The notes: generated by a model from the letters alone, not told the origin. A DNA stretch of 64,000 nt from an uncultured Gemmatimonadota bacterium (GCA_964490075.1 CAZBBK010000019.1:1-64000), one strand, 5' to 3'. Shown: positions 8,749 to 18,744, numbered from the stretch's first letter. Program-made: numbers and translations.

Positions 8749-10593
8749 CTAACGCCCAATCACGAACACCGGCACCCGGCTCTCACCGCCGATCGTGGTC
8801 GAGAGGCCCAGCCCTCCGGGGCCATCGGGCAGCGGCTCCGGCAGCAACCCCTCGAAGCTCCTCTCGATGGGGTCAGGGGAAGGCCCTCCGAAGTCGAAGG
8901 GGCCGAGATCGCGGCTCAGGCTGAAGCCGGTGTCGCTCACGAAGGTGCTTTGGATGAGGCCGGAGTAGCCGCCATACCCGTAGAGCGGCGCCACGAAGAT
9001 GCTTGCCGAGGCGGATCGTCCGGCCTCGAGGACCGGGTTGGGCACACCCAGGTGCACGGCCATCAGGCTGCCACGCTCGAAGGGTTGGGCGCCGATGTCG
9101 CTGCGGGTTCCGTCGTCGTCGAAGCGGGTCGGATCACCGGCGTCGATCGCCCCGGAGCCCCAGAGCGGCGCATAGATGCCCTCCGCCGGGCCGGCCAGCT
9201 GGGGATCTTCGAGGACCAGATTCGCGATCGCACCGAGGCAGTGGGTGTCGCCCTGGCTACCGAAGTTGCCGGTCGGGTTCCCCCACATCAGCGTGTAGTC
9301 GATGTCCGGCATCGCCCCGGAGGCGCATTCGCAAGCGGCGGCACCGGAATTCTCGGCAAAGAGGTTGTTGATCAGGACCGGCCAGGCGGGGGCATCGATC
9401 TGCAGGCCGGCGCCGCTCTCGGTCGCCGAGTTGCCCACGAAGCTGTTGTTGAGCAGCACCGCGCTGCTCCGGTCGGCGATGCCGGCCGCGCCGCCGCGGC
9501 GCGCGCTGTTGCCATAGAAGACGTTGTCGGCGAAGGGATAGTGGGCGAAGAACTCGACCCAGGCTCCACCGCCTTGATCAGCGGAGTTGTCGCGGAACAC
9601 GTTGCGCAGCAGCGTACCGCGATCGATGAAGTTGCAGCGCAGCCGCAAGCCGCCGCCCTTGCCGGTGGCGGAGTTGGCGTAAAAGACGTTGTCGTTGATG
9701 ATGAAATCCTGCTGTGGCGCCACCGCGCGCACCGCGCCCCCGTCGCCGGCCAGGGCGTGGTTGCGCACGAAAAAGTTGCGCGCGAGGGTGACCGAGCCGG
9801 CTTGCGAGATGCTGCGCAGCGCCGCGCCTTCGGGCGCTTCGTTGTCGACGAAGGCGTTCTCTTCGAGCTCTCCCGAGCCGATGAAGCCGAACAGAACGCA
9901 GGAGGCCCGGTTGTTCTGGAACAGGTTGCCGCCCAGCCACACCCGGTAGTCGTTGATGGTCACGACCGATTGATCAACCAGGCCCGTGCCGTGAGATTCG
10001 AAGCGGTTGCCCTCGATCATCACGCTTTCGTCGTCGGTCCTCCAGGCTTCGACGTAGATCGCGCCGGCGCCGTTGGCGAGGTTGGCGGCGAAGAGATTAT
10101 CGACGATCGCGCCGCGCTGATCCGGCGCATCGGTGCGATCCATGTAGATGCCCCCGCCGTCGCGCACCGGACCGTTGCCGGCGATGCGGTTGCCGCGAAT
10201 CGTCGGCGCCGCATCGGCGATGTAGATCCCACCGCCGCCCTGATCGCCCCAGGAGAGCTCATACCCCGTGCCGCCGGTGATGGTGAACCCCTCGACCAGC
10301 GCGGCGCCCGACTCGCCGCCCAGGAACGCGATGGTTGCGGCCGCGGAGGGATCCTCGGCTTCGGAGCCGTCGATGACGGTCGCCGCCGGCCCCTGCTCCG
10401 AGAGCAGGCTCAGATCGTGGCCGGGAAAGACCAGGTTTTCGACGTAAGTCCCTGGAGCGACCAGCACTTCGTCGCTTTCCAGGGCGGCGTCCAGCGCCTC
10501 CTGGATGGTGGGGTAGTCGGCCGGGACGTAGAGCGTCGCGCCCAACGCGGGCGCGGCGCTGCACAGGAGGAGGGCGCAGGTCTTGTGTCTCAT
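8749..10593 (-). CDS. Secreted right-handed beta-helix protein with Pmp-like GGA/FxxN repeats
   Basis: Signal peptide, YVPADYPTIQEAL, APGTYVE, repeated FxxNxA..GG, IDAGDP...RSDIGA; AAGGA RBS upstream of 10593. Confidence 0.8.
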   Translation of the reverse strand: MRHKTCALLLCSAAPALGATLYVPADYPTIQEALDAALESDEVLVAPGTYVENLVFPGHDLSLLSEQGPAATVIDGSEAEDPSAAATIAFLGGESGAALVEGFTITGGTGYELSWGDQGGGGIYIADAAPTIRGNRIAGNGPVRDGGGIYMDRTDAPDQRGAIVDNLFAANLANGAGAIYVEAWRTDDESVMIEGNRFESHGTGLVDQSVVTINDYRVWLGGNLFQNNRASCVLFGFIGSGELEENAFVDNEAPEGAALRSISQAGSVTLARNFFVRNHALAGDGGAVRAVAPQQDFIINDNVFYANSATGKGGGLRLRCNFIDRGTLLRNVFRDNSADQGGGAWVEFFAHYPFADNVFYGNSARRGGAAGIADRSSAVLLNNSFVGNSATESGAGLQIDAPAWPVLINNLFAENSGAAACECASGAMPDIDYTLMWGNPTGNFGSQGDTHCLGAIANLVLEDPQLAGPAEGIYAPLWGSGAIDAGDPTRFDDDGTRSDIGAQPFERGSLMAVHLGVPNPVLEAGRSASASIFVAPLYGYGGYSGLIQSTFVSDTGFSLSRDLGPFDFGGPSPDPIERSFEGLLPEPLPDGPGGLGLSTTIGGESRVPVFVIGR

Positions 10594-10944
10594 CGCGACT
10601 TCCTTATCTGGGGACGGAACGGAACCTGTTCGTGATCGACTGCGCGGCAGCGCACCGGGGGGGCGTCGATTGATGGTTAGCCTGGTAGCCGGGGCTCGAG
10701 CGTTTTTGGGCGATCGAATCTGCGTAGGAGATTTCCCGGGCATCGCGCTCCTTGGATTATCATCGAGATATCGGCGATCCGCGTCCCCGCCCAGGGACCG
10801 GTGATTCGGCCTTTCCCCCCCGAGCCGCTATCAGGCGATCGCTCTTGCGTCGAGAGCCGGCAAAACGGCCTCCGGTCTCGGCCTTCGGTGTTCGGCGGCA
10901 CCGCGGGTGGAGGCCTCCACACGGCCGCCCGCGAGGCCTCGCGC

Positions 10945-13005
10945 ATGAGCGACAACCGCAGCATGGGAGCATCGGGACTGATCAAGCGTCTGGCGGCGCG
11001 GCGCAAACGCGGATCCACACCTCCCAGCTTCCCCTTGCCGGCACTCGGCACTCTGCTCGCCGACCGCTTTCGGCTCGAGCAGAGGTTCTTCACCAGCCCG
11101 CTCTGGTCGACCTTCGCGGCGACCGACCTGGAGCGGGAGCTGCTGCAGGTTACGGCGCACGTCTTCCACTACGACCGGATCGGCGACCGGAAGGCGCGCG
11201 AGCGGGGGCGTGAGGCCCTGGCGCGCGACTGTGCAAAGGCGATCGAGCTCGACCACGAGAACCTGGTGACCACCCTCCAGCACGGGCGGCAGGAGGGGCT
11301 CGAGTTCCTGGTGACCGAGCGGGTGCGCGGTCGCCCCCTGTCCCACGTGCTCGGCAAGCTGGCGACCGGGAGGGTGGCGGTGAACCGAGCTGTGAAGTTG
11401 CTCTTCCAGCTCCTGCGGGGACTCGAGCACGCCCACGCACGCGGCGCGGTGCACGGCTGCGTCGACCTGGAGAACACGCTGCTGCTGGGCGCCGACCAGA
11501 TCAAGCTGGCGGGTTTCGGGATGCGGGCGCTGATCGACCCGGAGGACGAGCTGCGCGGAGTGATCGAGCGCCGTTTCGCCTGCACCAGTCCCGAGACGAT
11601 TCGTGGCGATCTTCCCAGCCCAGAGAGCGACGTCTACTCCGCGGCGGCCATCCTCTATGCCCTGATCGACGGTTCTCCGCCCTTCGGCGATGTCGGGCGC
11701 GAGGCGCGTCTCGGTCACCAGATGTTCCAGCTGCCGCTTTCGACCCACATCCCGCCGGAGCTCTTCGCGGTCATCGAGAAAGGCATGGGCAAGGATCCGC
11801 GCGTCCGTTTCGAGGGAGCCGGCGCGCTGCGGGTGGCGCTGGCGGCCGCGGCGGGGGTCGAGACCGAGTCGCCGGAGCCGGTGGCGGTCGCCGAGCTCGA
11901 CCGGGTCGCCGACGAAGAGGACGCGATCTCGACGCCGAGCATTCAGGTGATCCCCGAGCTGTCCGACGAGACGATCGTCGCGGCGGCCGTGGCGCCGCCG
12001 GCACCGAGCACGGTGGATGGAACCGAAGCGGTGGATGGGGCTGCGCGGGTGGACGGGGCTGCGCCCGCGGAGGAAGCGGAGCCGATGGCAGAGGCCGAGG
12101 CGGTGGTCGAGATCGAGATGGTGGATGCAGTCGAGCCGACGCAAGAGCTCGAGCCCTTCGACGAAGCCGCGCCTGCCGAAGAGCCCGAGCCGGTGGTCGA
12201 GATCGAGCCGATGGCTGCGGCAGAGCCGGCGCCCGAGCCGGCGCCGATCGAAGAGCCCGAGCCCGTCGAATCGCCGGATCCGGTGGTCGAGATCGAGCCG
12301 ACGGAGGTCGTCGAGCCAGTCGTCGAGCCGATCGCCGAGTCCGCTCCGGTCGACGAAGTCGATCCCGCGCCAGCGCCCGCGCCGCTGGACGAAGCCGAGC
12401 TCACCGAGCGGATCGAGCCGGCTCCGGAGGCAGCGCCCGAGGACCGGGACCAGCCGCTCGAGACGGTCGAGCTGGCCTACGAGATCGAAACAGCGGAGTT
12501 CGCAGAGGCGGCGCCGGAGGCGGATTCGATCGCCGAGGTCGAGACTCCCGGCGACTCCGAGCCGCCGCAACCCATCCCCAGCGCCGTGCCGGACGAGATC
12601 GCTGCGCTTGCGCCCGAGCCGGACGCGGTGGAGCCGGCCGCATTCGCGCGCTTCCTCGAAACCCTGGCGAAGGCGCGCGGTGTGAGCGGAGCGGCCATAG
12701 TCGACGAGGGGGGCCGGATCATCCAGGTCCGGGGCGAGGCCGAAAACGCCGCCGCCCTTGGAGCCGCCGCGCGGGGCATCGCGCGCTCCGCGGCGATCGC
12801 CGCGCGCGAGGTCGAACAGGCCGCGACCAAGCTGATCCTGCTGGAGAACGAGGAAGGGATCGTGGTGCTGGTGCCTCTGCCACGCGGCTTCGTGTTGACG
12901 ATCCTCGCCGACAGCCCCGGGGTGCTCGGCCTGGTGCGCTTCGAGACCAAGAAGATGCTATCGGAGCTGCGCGTCGTGATCGAGAGGCGACCAGCCTATT
13001 CCTAG
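10945..13005 (+). CDS. Hanks-type kinase-fold protein with catalytic motifs lost, acidic linker and C-terminal Roadblock/LC7 (MglB-like) domain
   Basis: LDHENLV, FLVTE, SPE..G, SDVYS, G.PPF; Glu/Pro-rich linker; GVSGAAIVDEGG...LILLENEEG...LGLVRF. Confidence 0.75.
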   Translation: MSDNRSMGASGLIKRLAARRKRGSTPPSFPLPALGTLLADRFRLEQRFFTSPLWSTFAATDLERELLQVTAHVFHYDRIGDRKARERGREALARDCAKAIELDHENLVTTLQHGRQEGLEFLVTERVRGRPLSHVLGKLATGRVAVNRAVKLLFQLLRGLEHAHARGAVHGCVDLENTLLLGADQIKLAGFGMRALIDPEDELRGVIERRFACTSPETIRGDLPSPESDVYSAAAILYALIDGSPPFGDVGREARLGHQMFQLPLSTHIPPELFAVIEKGMGKDPRVRFEGAGALRVALAAAAGVETESPEPVAVAELDRVADEEDAISTPSIQVIPELSDETIVAAAVAPPAPSTVDGTEAVDGAARVDGAAPAEEAEPMAEAEAVVEIEMVDAVEPTQELEPFDEAAPAEEPEPVVEIEPMAAAEPAPEPAPIEEPEPVESPDPVVEIEPTEVVEPVVEPIAESAPVDEVDPAPAPAPLDEAELTERIEPAPEAAPEDRDQPLETVELAYEIETAEFAEAAPEADSIAEVETPGDSEPPQPIPSAVPDEIAALAPEPDAVEPAAFARFLETLAKARGVSGAAIVDEGGRIIQVRGEAENAAALGAAARGIARSAAIAAREVEQAATKLILLENEEGIVVLVPLPRGFVLTILADSPGVLGLVRFETKKMLSELRVVIERRPAYS
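12101..12297 (+). repeat. Intragenic repeat CGGTGGTCGAGATCGAG (VVEIE) x3 at exact 90-bp period
   Basis: Copies start at 12101, 12191 and 12281. Confidence 0.8.
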
Positions 13006-13084
13006 ACCTCTTCCTCGGGCGACCCGCTCGAAACCTCCGTGCCGCACCGTCATCCGGCCGTGATCGCGGCCAGGTGGAACCCCG

Positions 13085-14029
13085 TCAGTAGCCAACATCC
13101 TCCGCCACCACGATGGTCTTGGCCGGCACGTCATCGCTCCACAAGCCCATGTCGCGCACCTCAGGGCCTCCGCCGAGCACGTACTCGCAGTCCGTGCCGT
13201 AGAAGGCGCAGGAGAAGGCCGCGTCGGTCGGCTTCCAATAGCCGAACCAGTCGATGGCGTCGAGCCGCCCGCTGGTCGTCACGGCGACATGGTTGGAGAG
13301 GAGCGCAGGGGAGCCGTGATCGTGCGAGCGCACCAGAAGCGCGTTGCGGGACTCGCGCGGGATCTGCGGCGTGTTTTCCCAGGCACGCCTCACCACCCCC
13401 TCCGCGCCGGGATCGCCTGGAGCGGTCTCGGCGATGACCAGAGCGAGCAGGGTCTGGGGATCGATCTCCCCGAGGTCGTCCAGGGGCATGTGGGGGTAGG
13501 CCAGCGAGCCGCAGCCCGCCCCGTCGTGCAACACGATCGCCCGAGGGATGGGCAGGCCCTCGGCTTCCACTCGATTGGCGATGCGCAGGCTGAGGATGCC
13601 GCCCAGGGAGTGACCGGAGACGGCAAAACGCTCCAGCTCCGGGTCCACGTGTCCGGCCCCGGAGAGCACGTCCAGGGCGTCGCGCAGAGCGTAGATGGCG
13701 TTGTCCTCGTAGTGACTGGCGCCCCACCACCAACCGTAGCGCGGGTAGACCACCGTCATTCCGTGGCGGGCGAAGTGCCGGAGCATGGCGTCGTAGGGGT
13801 CGGGGTCGAGCGCGCCGTAGCCGTGCAGGTAGAGAAGCACCGGAGCCGTGTCGGGGGTGGGCTCGGCGGGCTCGAAGAGCCAGTAGCGCTTGGTGTTGCT
13901 CAGATGGGCGCTGACCGCGACCCGGGAGTGGGTGTAGTCGCTCCCGCCGGGTCCCACGGCGGGTTGTTCGGGCGGAGTCTGGCCGAGAGCCAGCAGGGCG
14001 AGACAGATCATCATGATGCGGTGCTCCAC
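13085..14029 (-). CDS. Secreted alpha/beta hydrolase (chlorophyllase/cutinase-like)
   Basis: LYLHGYG, GHSLGG nucleophile elbow, signal peptide. Confidence 0.8.
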   Translation of the reverse strand: MEHRIMMICLALLALGQTPPEQPAVGPGGSDYTHSRVAVSAHLSNTKRYWLFEPAEPTPDTAPVLLYLHGYGALDPDPYDAMLRHFARHGMTVVYPRYGWWWGASHYEDNAIYALRDALDVLSGAGHVDPELERFAVSGHSLGGILSLRIANRVEAEGLPIPRAIVLHDGAGCGSLAYPHMPLDDLGEIDPQTLLALVIAETAPGDPGAEGVVRRAWENTPQIPRESRNALLVRSHDHGSPALLSNHVAVTTSGRLDAIDWFGYWKPTDAAFSCAFYGTDCEYVLGGGPEVRDMGLWSDDVPAKTIVVAEDVGY

Positions 14030-14077
14030 GAGAGGTGGCGGTTGACTGCTCAGTTCGGGGAAAGGGCGGTTGGCCGC

Positions 14078-15475
14078 CTAGGGCATCACCGGTAGATCGC
14101 CAAAAGCCAGCATCCCCACGCCGCGGCTGTTGCTGACCCAGGGTCCGTCGCGCGAATGGCCGCCGTAGGAGAGGGTCTCGGCCGGCCCATCCAGCTCGAG
14201 CAGCAGCGTCGCTCCCTCCGCTCGACCGCCCACGACCTCGGCACCGCTGTCGGTCCAGAAGTCGTTCTCGGCCCCCTCGTCCCAGTGCACGGAGCGCACC
14301 GATGGGTCGAACTCGATGCGCACCTGGTTGGGAGCGGCCCAGGTGATCGTCCGGGGATCGAGAGGTTCGACGTCTTGCAGAGCGGCGCCGTAGAGATCGC
14401 GCGCCAGGAGCGCCGCCATTCGCTTTCCCAGGGTGGCGTAGCCGTCGTAGTAGAAATGGCAGCCATCGTGACAGGGCAGCGCCGTCGCGGTCTGCAGCGC
14501 GACCTTGGGCAGAGTCTCGGGGAGGCGCCGATGCACTTCGCGGATCGGCAGACCCTCGGCGGGAGAGAAGCCGCAGCCGGACCGGATCTGCACCACGTAG
14601 ACCTTTTCCAGCGCCGGGAAATCCTCGATCCAGTCCTCGTAGAGCGCGTGGAAGCTCTCGCGATAGGTCTGGGGATTGCGCCCCTGATTCGATTCGCCCT
14701 GATACCAGATCAGGGCCCGGGCGGCGTCCGCCAGGCCGGCGCGGCGCGCGCGATAGAGCAGCCGCCCGTAGTTGGTGGAGAGCCGCTCGGGATCGTCGTC
14801 GTCGCGCTGGTGCCAACCGATCCAGGTGCCACCGACCGCTCCGTTCAGGATCGCCACCGGCACGCCGCCCCGGTCCACCAGCTCTTGCGCCATGCGCAAC
14901 GCCCAGGCGCCGATGGTCCCGGATCCGTTGGCGTCGAGACCCTCGGCCAGATACCAGCGGGTGTCGTCCCGCACCGCGGGAGGGGAGAGCGACGCGCTGC
15001 CGTAGGAACGGATCCAGCGCCGTTGTGCGTCGTTGGCGAGCCCCTCGTTGTGCGCGTCCGCGGCGACGGCATTGGACTGGCCTTGCACCAGGTAGGCATC
15101 CCCGCACAGAACCTGGACTCGCTGGCCGACCCAGGTCTCCTCTCCTCTGGCGGCCAGGAGCAGCTCGAAACGGTAGACATGGTGCCCGGCGATCAGCTCG
15201 GAGCGAGCCTCGAAGGGCGCACCCTCGGGGCCGTATTGCAGCGGCAGATCGAGCTCGAAATAGAGAGTCTCGTTCTGATAGCCGCGCAGGATGATGCGCT
15301 CGAAGCCCTCTTCGGTCACCCGGCCGCGGGCGGCGACGAATCCGGTGCCTCCCTGGTCGCGCGCAAAGAGCTGGCCGTTGGAGGGCACCTCCTCGAAGAC
15401 CACGATCGGCTCGGCGGCCAGGGGAGGTGCCGCGAGCACCAGGAGGAGCGCGGGCAGGAAGGAGTAGGGGCGCAT
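14078..15475 (-). CDS. Sialate O-acetylesterase (SASA/SGNH) domain protein
   Basis: VQGQSNA, AVGGT, WYQGESN, DGCHF; signal peptide from MRPYSF (15475). Confidence 0.85.
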   Translation of the reverse strand: MRPYSFLPALLLVLAAPPLAAEPIVVFEEVPSNGQLFARDQGGTGFVAARGRVTEEGFERIILRGYQNETLYFELDLPLQYGPEGAPFEARSELIAGHHVYRFELLLAARGEETWVGQRVQVLCGDAYLVQGQSNAVAADAHNEGLANDAQRRWIRSYGSASLSPPAVRDDTRWYLAEGLDANGSGTIGAWALRMAQELVDRGGVPVAILNGAVGGTWIGWHQRDDDDPERLSTNYGRLLYRARRAGLADAARALIWYQGESNQGRNPQTYRESFHALYEDWIEDFPALEKVYVVQIRSGCGFSPAEGLPIREVHRRLPETLPKVALQTATALPCHDGCHFYYDGYATLGKRMAALLARDLYGAALQDVEPLDPRTITWAAPNQVRIEFDPSVRSVHWDEGAENDFWTDSGAEVVGGRAEGATLLLELDGPAETLSYGGHSRDGPWVSNSRGVGMLAFGDLPVMP

Positions 15476-15545
15476 CGGGGCTCCCACGTGAAGGGTGTCG
15501 GTGTGGGATCGATTCCGAGTTAGGTCTCGGCGCTTCACACCGTCA

Positions 15546-15607
15546 GGGTAACGGCCCGTGCGTATGCTGCGGCGCGTAGCGCCGCCAGCATCACGCTCTC
15601 GTTGGGC
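15546..15607 (-). mobile_element. Integron attC-like recombination site (solitary in this window)
   Basis: Minus strand GCCCAAC-GAGAG-CGTGATGC-TGGCGGCGCTACGCGCCGCA-GCATACG-CACGGGCC-GTTACCC: R'', 5-nt spacer, 8-bp L'', stem-loop, 7-bp L', GTT core, two extrahelical bases. Confidence 0.7.
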
Positions 15608-15694
15608 AACTCGGTTGATCGCCCTCGTTGTTCTCGCTCTGCTCTGGCTCCAGAGGAGCGGAGGATCTTGCGGACTTGAAGAGGGCTTGCAGGT

Positions 15695-17284
15695 TCACCA
15701 TGCGTGCGGTCGCTCCGCCATCAGGGGAAACGTATCGTGGGTCGTCAAGAGCCAGCGGTCGAGTTCGATCCCTGTTCCGCTGACGCGAATATCGAGCTCA
15801 TGGATACCTTGCTTCAGGTCGCGATGGCCGGCGCTGTACCAGAGCCACCGACCAGGAGAATCGGCGGTGGCTCCAGCTCCTTCAAGAGGAACCCCGTCCA
15901 TGGTCGCTACCGGCCAGGCACTAGAAGCTTGGCTACGGTGAAGCCTGATCCAAAGAGTGTACTCGCGCCAGACCGGGACTTCGGTTCGGTAGCAGAGGAA
16001 TCTCTGCCTCCGCGCCCCAATCGCTCCGGGCGCACCATCCGTGGGTGCGAATGACTCAATGTTGGCAGACGAGGAAGACTGCGGAGAAGCCTCCGTCGGA
16101 TGGTGCACAAGTCCATCGGGTCGGAGGATTCGATGCCCCCAAGCGGACGTGTCTGGGCGAGAGACCCAGCCTCGCTTCTCGTTGGCCGATTCCACCTCGC
16201 GATAGATGTCTTTGTGATACGCTCCAGTGTGCCAGTTGTCGTACATCCAAGTAGCGCATTCGATGCGCTGATGGTCGTAGATGCCCGGAGTGTCGAAAAC
16301 GTAGATGTTGCCATCGTCTGAGCCGAAGACGATATCGGTGTCGCCGTCTTCATCCAAGTCGGTGATGGTACCGCTGCCCCAGTTGCTGCTATTGCCCCCA
16401 CGTGGCCAGCTCTCTACGACGGTTCCGTCGAACTCCAGTGCCCAAATATCAGGCTCTGAACCTCCGATAAACGCTTCCAACATGGAATCGCCATCTAGGT
16501 CTGCTATAGCTACCTGAGTATCGATCTCCCGAAGGCCGGTCCATGGAAAATTCGGCAGCAGGTTGCCTTGCCTGTCATAGGCCAAGCTCCACTTCCAAGA
16601 CGCTGCCCACAGGCCATCGACTTGGCCGTTCCGATCGACGTCAAAGGCGGCTGGCATGGCCACGGCGATGCCTCCGTAAACCGCCGGCCAACCCGGCACC
16701 ACGTCGCCTTCCCAATCGTACACGTGAATACCGCCGTTGTCATGATCGGCAACTACGATCTCAGGATGCGGATCTCCGGCAAGGTCCACGAGTGACGGCG
16801 GGACGAGGACCGTCTGACTGGGGACTTTCGAGAAGAACGGACCGTCCGCGTATCTGGTCCCATCGTGATGATAAACGTAGATCCATCCATTACCCCAATA
16901 GCCGACATAGGTCACGACAATGATCTCATGATCGCCATCTAGGTCCAAGTCTCCTACCGCAGCACCTGTTCCACTACTCCGAGCAAGTTGGAGCGGCCAT
17001 CCCGTCTTGTATCTTCCCCTGTGATCAAGGACCCGCACCTCCGTAAAGTCGGTCTCCGGTGGATCGTCCGAAGCCACACTAAGAACCTCCATCTTGCCAT
17101 TCCCGTCCAGATCCATCAGCGTTGTGCTGGAGTACCTCCTCCAGCGCGCCCGGACGGGCCATTGCCCGGGTATCTCGGACCCATCAAAGCCGACAACGTG
17201 AATGCGTTCGTCGTTGCCTCCAGCCAACAGTTCTACAAAGACTATCTCCAATGTGCCATCGTTGTCCACGTCCGCGCCGCTCAC
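15695..17284 (-). CDS. FG-GAP/VCBS-repeat protein with C-terminal beta-sandwich, probably 5'-truncated
   Basis: Repeats DVDNDG, DLDGNG, DLDLDG, DLDGD, DLDEDG followed by GWP; starts inside a repeat with no signal peptide. Confidence 0.7.
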   Translation of the reverse strand: MSGADVDNDGTLEIVFVELLAGGNDERIHVVGFDGSEIPGQWPVRARWRRYSSTTLMDLDGNGKMEVLSVASDDPPETDFTEVRVLDHRGRYKTGWPLQLARSSGTGAAVGDLDLDGDHEIIVVTYVGYWGNGWIYVYHHDGTRYADGPFFSKVPSQTVLVPPSLVDLAGDPHPEIVVADHDNGGIHVYDWEGDVVPGWPAVYGGIAVAMPAAFDVDRNGQVDGLWAASWKWSLAYDRQGNLLPNFPWTGLREIDTQVAIADLDGDSMLEAFIGGSEPDIWALEFDGTVVESWPRGGNSSNWGSGTITDLDEDGDTDIVFGSDDGNIYVFDTPGIYDHQRIECATWMYDNWHTGAYHKDIYREVESANEKRGWVSRPDTSAWGHRILRPDGLVHHPTEASPQSSSSANIESFAPTDGAPGAIGARRQRFLCYRTEVPVWREYTLWIRLHRSQASSAWPVATMDGVPLEGAGATADSPGRWLWYSAGHRDLKQGIHELDIRVSGTGIELDRWLLTTHDTFPLMAERPHAW

Positions 17285-18744
17285 TGGATGTTGTTCCGAA
17301 TTGCGCCATGCGACCCGTGCGCGAGATGGAACCCATTCTGGTCGTTACAGTCGAACCGATTGTGTTCAACAGTGATCTGTTGGTAGGCCTCAGGGATGAC
17401 CTCACCATTGCCGTTGTGGAAGTTCGCGAAGCTGAGATGGAATCCTTCGTTGCCTCGAGAAGAGAGCAGGTTGCCAGCGACGCGGCCCACAAACACCCAG
17501 GCAGTAATAGCGTCGAGATAGGTCGAGATGCGGTTGTTAGTTATCTCGCCCCACTTGATCGATTGCTTGATGAGTTCATCCGGTCGAGGAGGCGGGTCAG
17601 TCTGCCAGTCCTTGCCGATGTAGAGGCCAAAGCCAGCGTTCAGCCACTCCCCATCCTCGTCTTGGAGACCGGCAAAGATAACATTATTGTGGATGAAGAG
17701 GCCTGTATTCATGGTCTTGTTGGGGTCGTCGTGAGAGGCTTTCACGTCGATTGTGCGCTTTCCCCTTCCAAGCAGAGTTAGGTCGCGGATAGTGACCTTC
17801 ATGTCGGTACATCTAACATGATCCCTGTTGTTGATCTCAAGGAGTCCTTTCTTTGGTGTCGTTGGCTTCACGACAAGAACAGGAGAGTCATCGGATGCGG
17901 CGGTGAACAGCGCCACCACGAACTCCTCGGTGCTTCTTGGTGCGAGAACAATGGTGTCCTCGATGTATGGGTTGCGGGATTGCCGTATGAGCACTACATA
18001 GCCGCGCGCAGTGCCGGGCCTACTGTTCGCTTCAGCGATCGCTTCGTTCACGGTGCAGTAGACGTGAGGGTCCAGACAGTGGTCCTGATCGACGATGAAG
18101 AGAGGCACCGGCAACGGAGGCTCTGAGTCACGGGCAAGAGGCGAGAGAATCGGCGTCGAGGAGAGGCTCGACTCGGTGCCTCCGAGAGGGCACATCACGA
18201 CCGCCTGCATGCCTGCCGGGAGCGTATGCGGTCTGAGCAGCCGGGCGTCATCAACCGACCAATGCACGCGACCTGGTTGGCTTGCGGCGAATCGTGCGCT
18301 GATCTCCAATCGCAGATCGACGTAGGGTGGCCAGGGATCACCGAGGTAGACCCGGACCTGGGGGCAGATCATCACCATCCGCGATGTGCTCTCGGTGTGG
18401 TCGACGCCTACATAGGGCTGAATCAGTACACGAACGTGATCGGAATTCTGGGCGAATGAGGTACGGCGCTGTCCGTCCCAGAGATCGACCAGCCACGTCG
18501 GGTAGATGCTGTAGTCGGTGATATGCGGAAAGGTCCCGGGAACCTCGGTGCGCACTGATACCAAGCGAATTGACCCCTGAGCGGACCTTGCGACTTCGAC
18601 CATCGTCTTTCCGTCGCTCAGGCGCCAGAGATCCTGGCGAGTAGCTCGCACGACGGCCTTAGTGGCGTGAGGCTCCCAACGCGCTGGCGCCTGCGCGCCA
18701 AGACCAACGGAGAGAACGATCAATGCAAGTCTTCGAATCCACAT
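17281..18744 (-). pseudogene. Secreted beta-helix protein, 3'-truncated
   Basis: Signal peptide MWIRRLALIV; CTVNEAI; stops mid-rung (IRNNIQ*) where the homologue at 7343 continues (VSNNIFSG...). Confidence 0.55.

Noticed and set aside
10768-10795. GCCGATAT sigma28 -10 element (minus strand)
   Set aside because: No TAAA-like -35 at the right spacing.
12101-12297. CRISPR-like periodic repeat
   Set aside because: 17-bp in-frame coding repeat, three copies, no cas genes.
15500-15520. tRNA T-arm-like fragment (GGGATCGATTCC) as an att scar
   Set aside because: The stem does not pair and there is no acceptor end; too weak.
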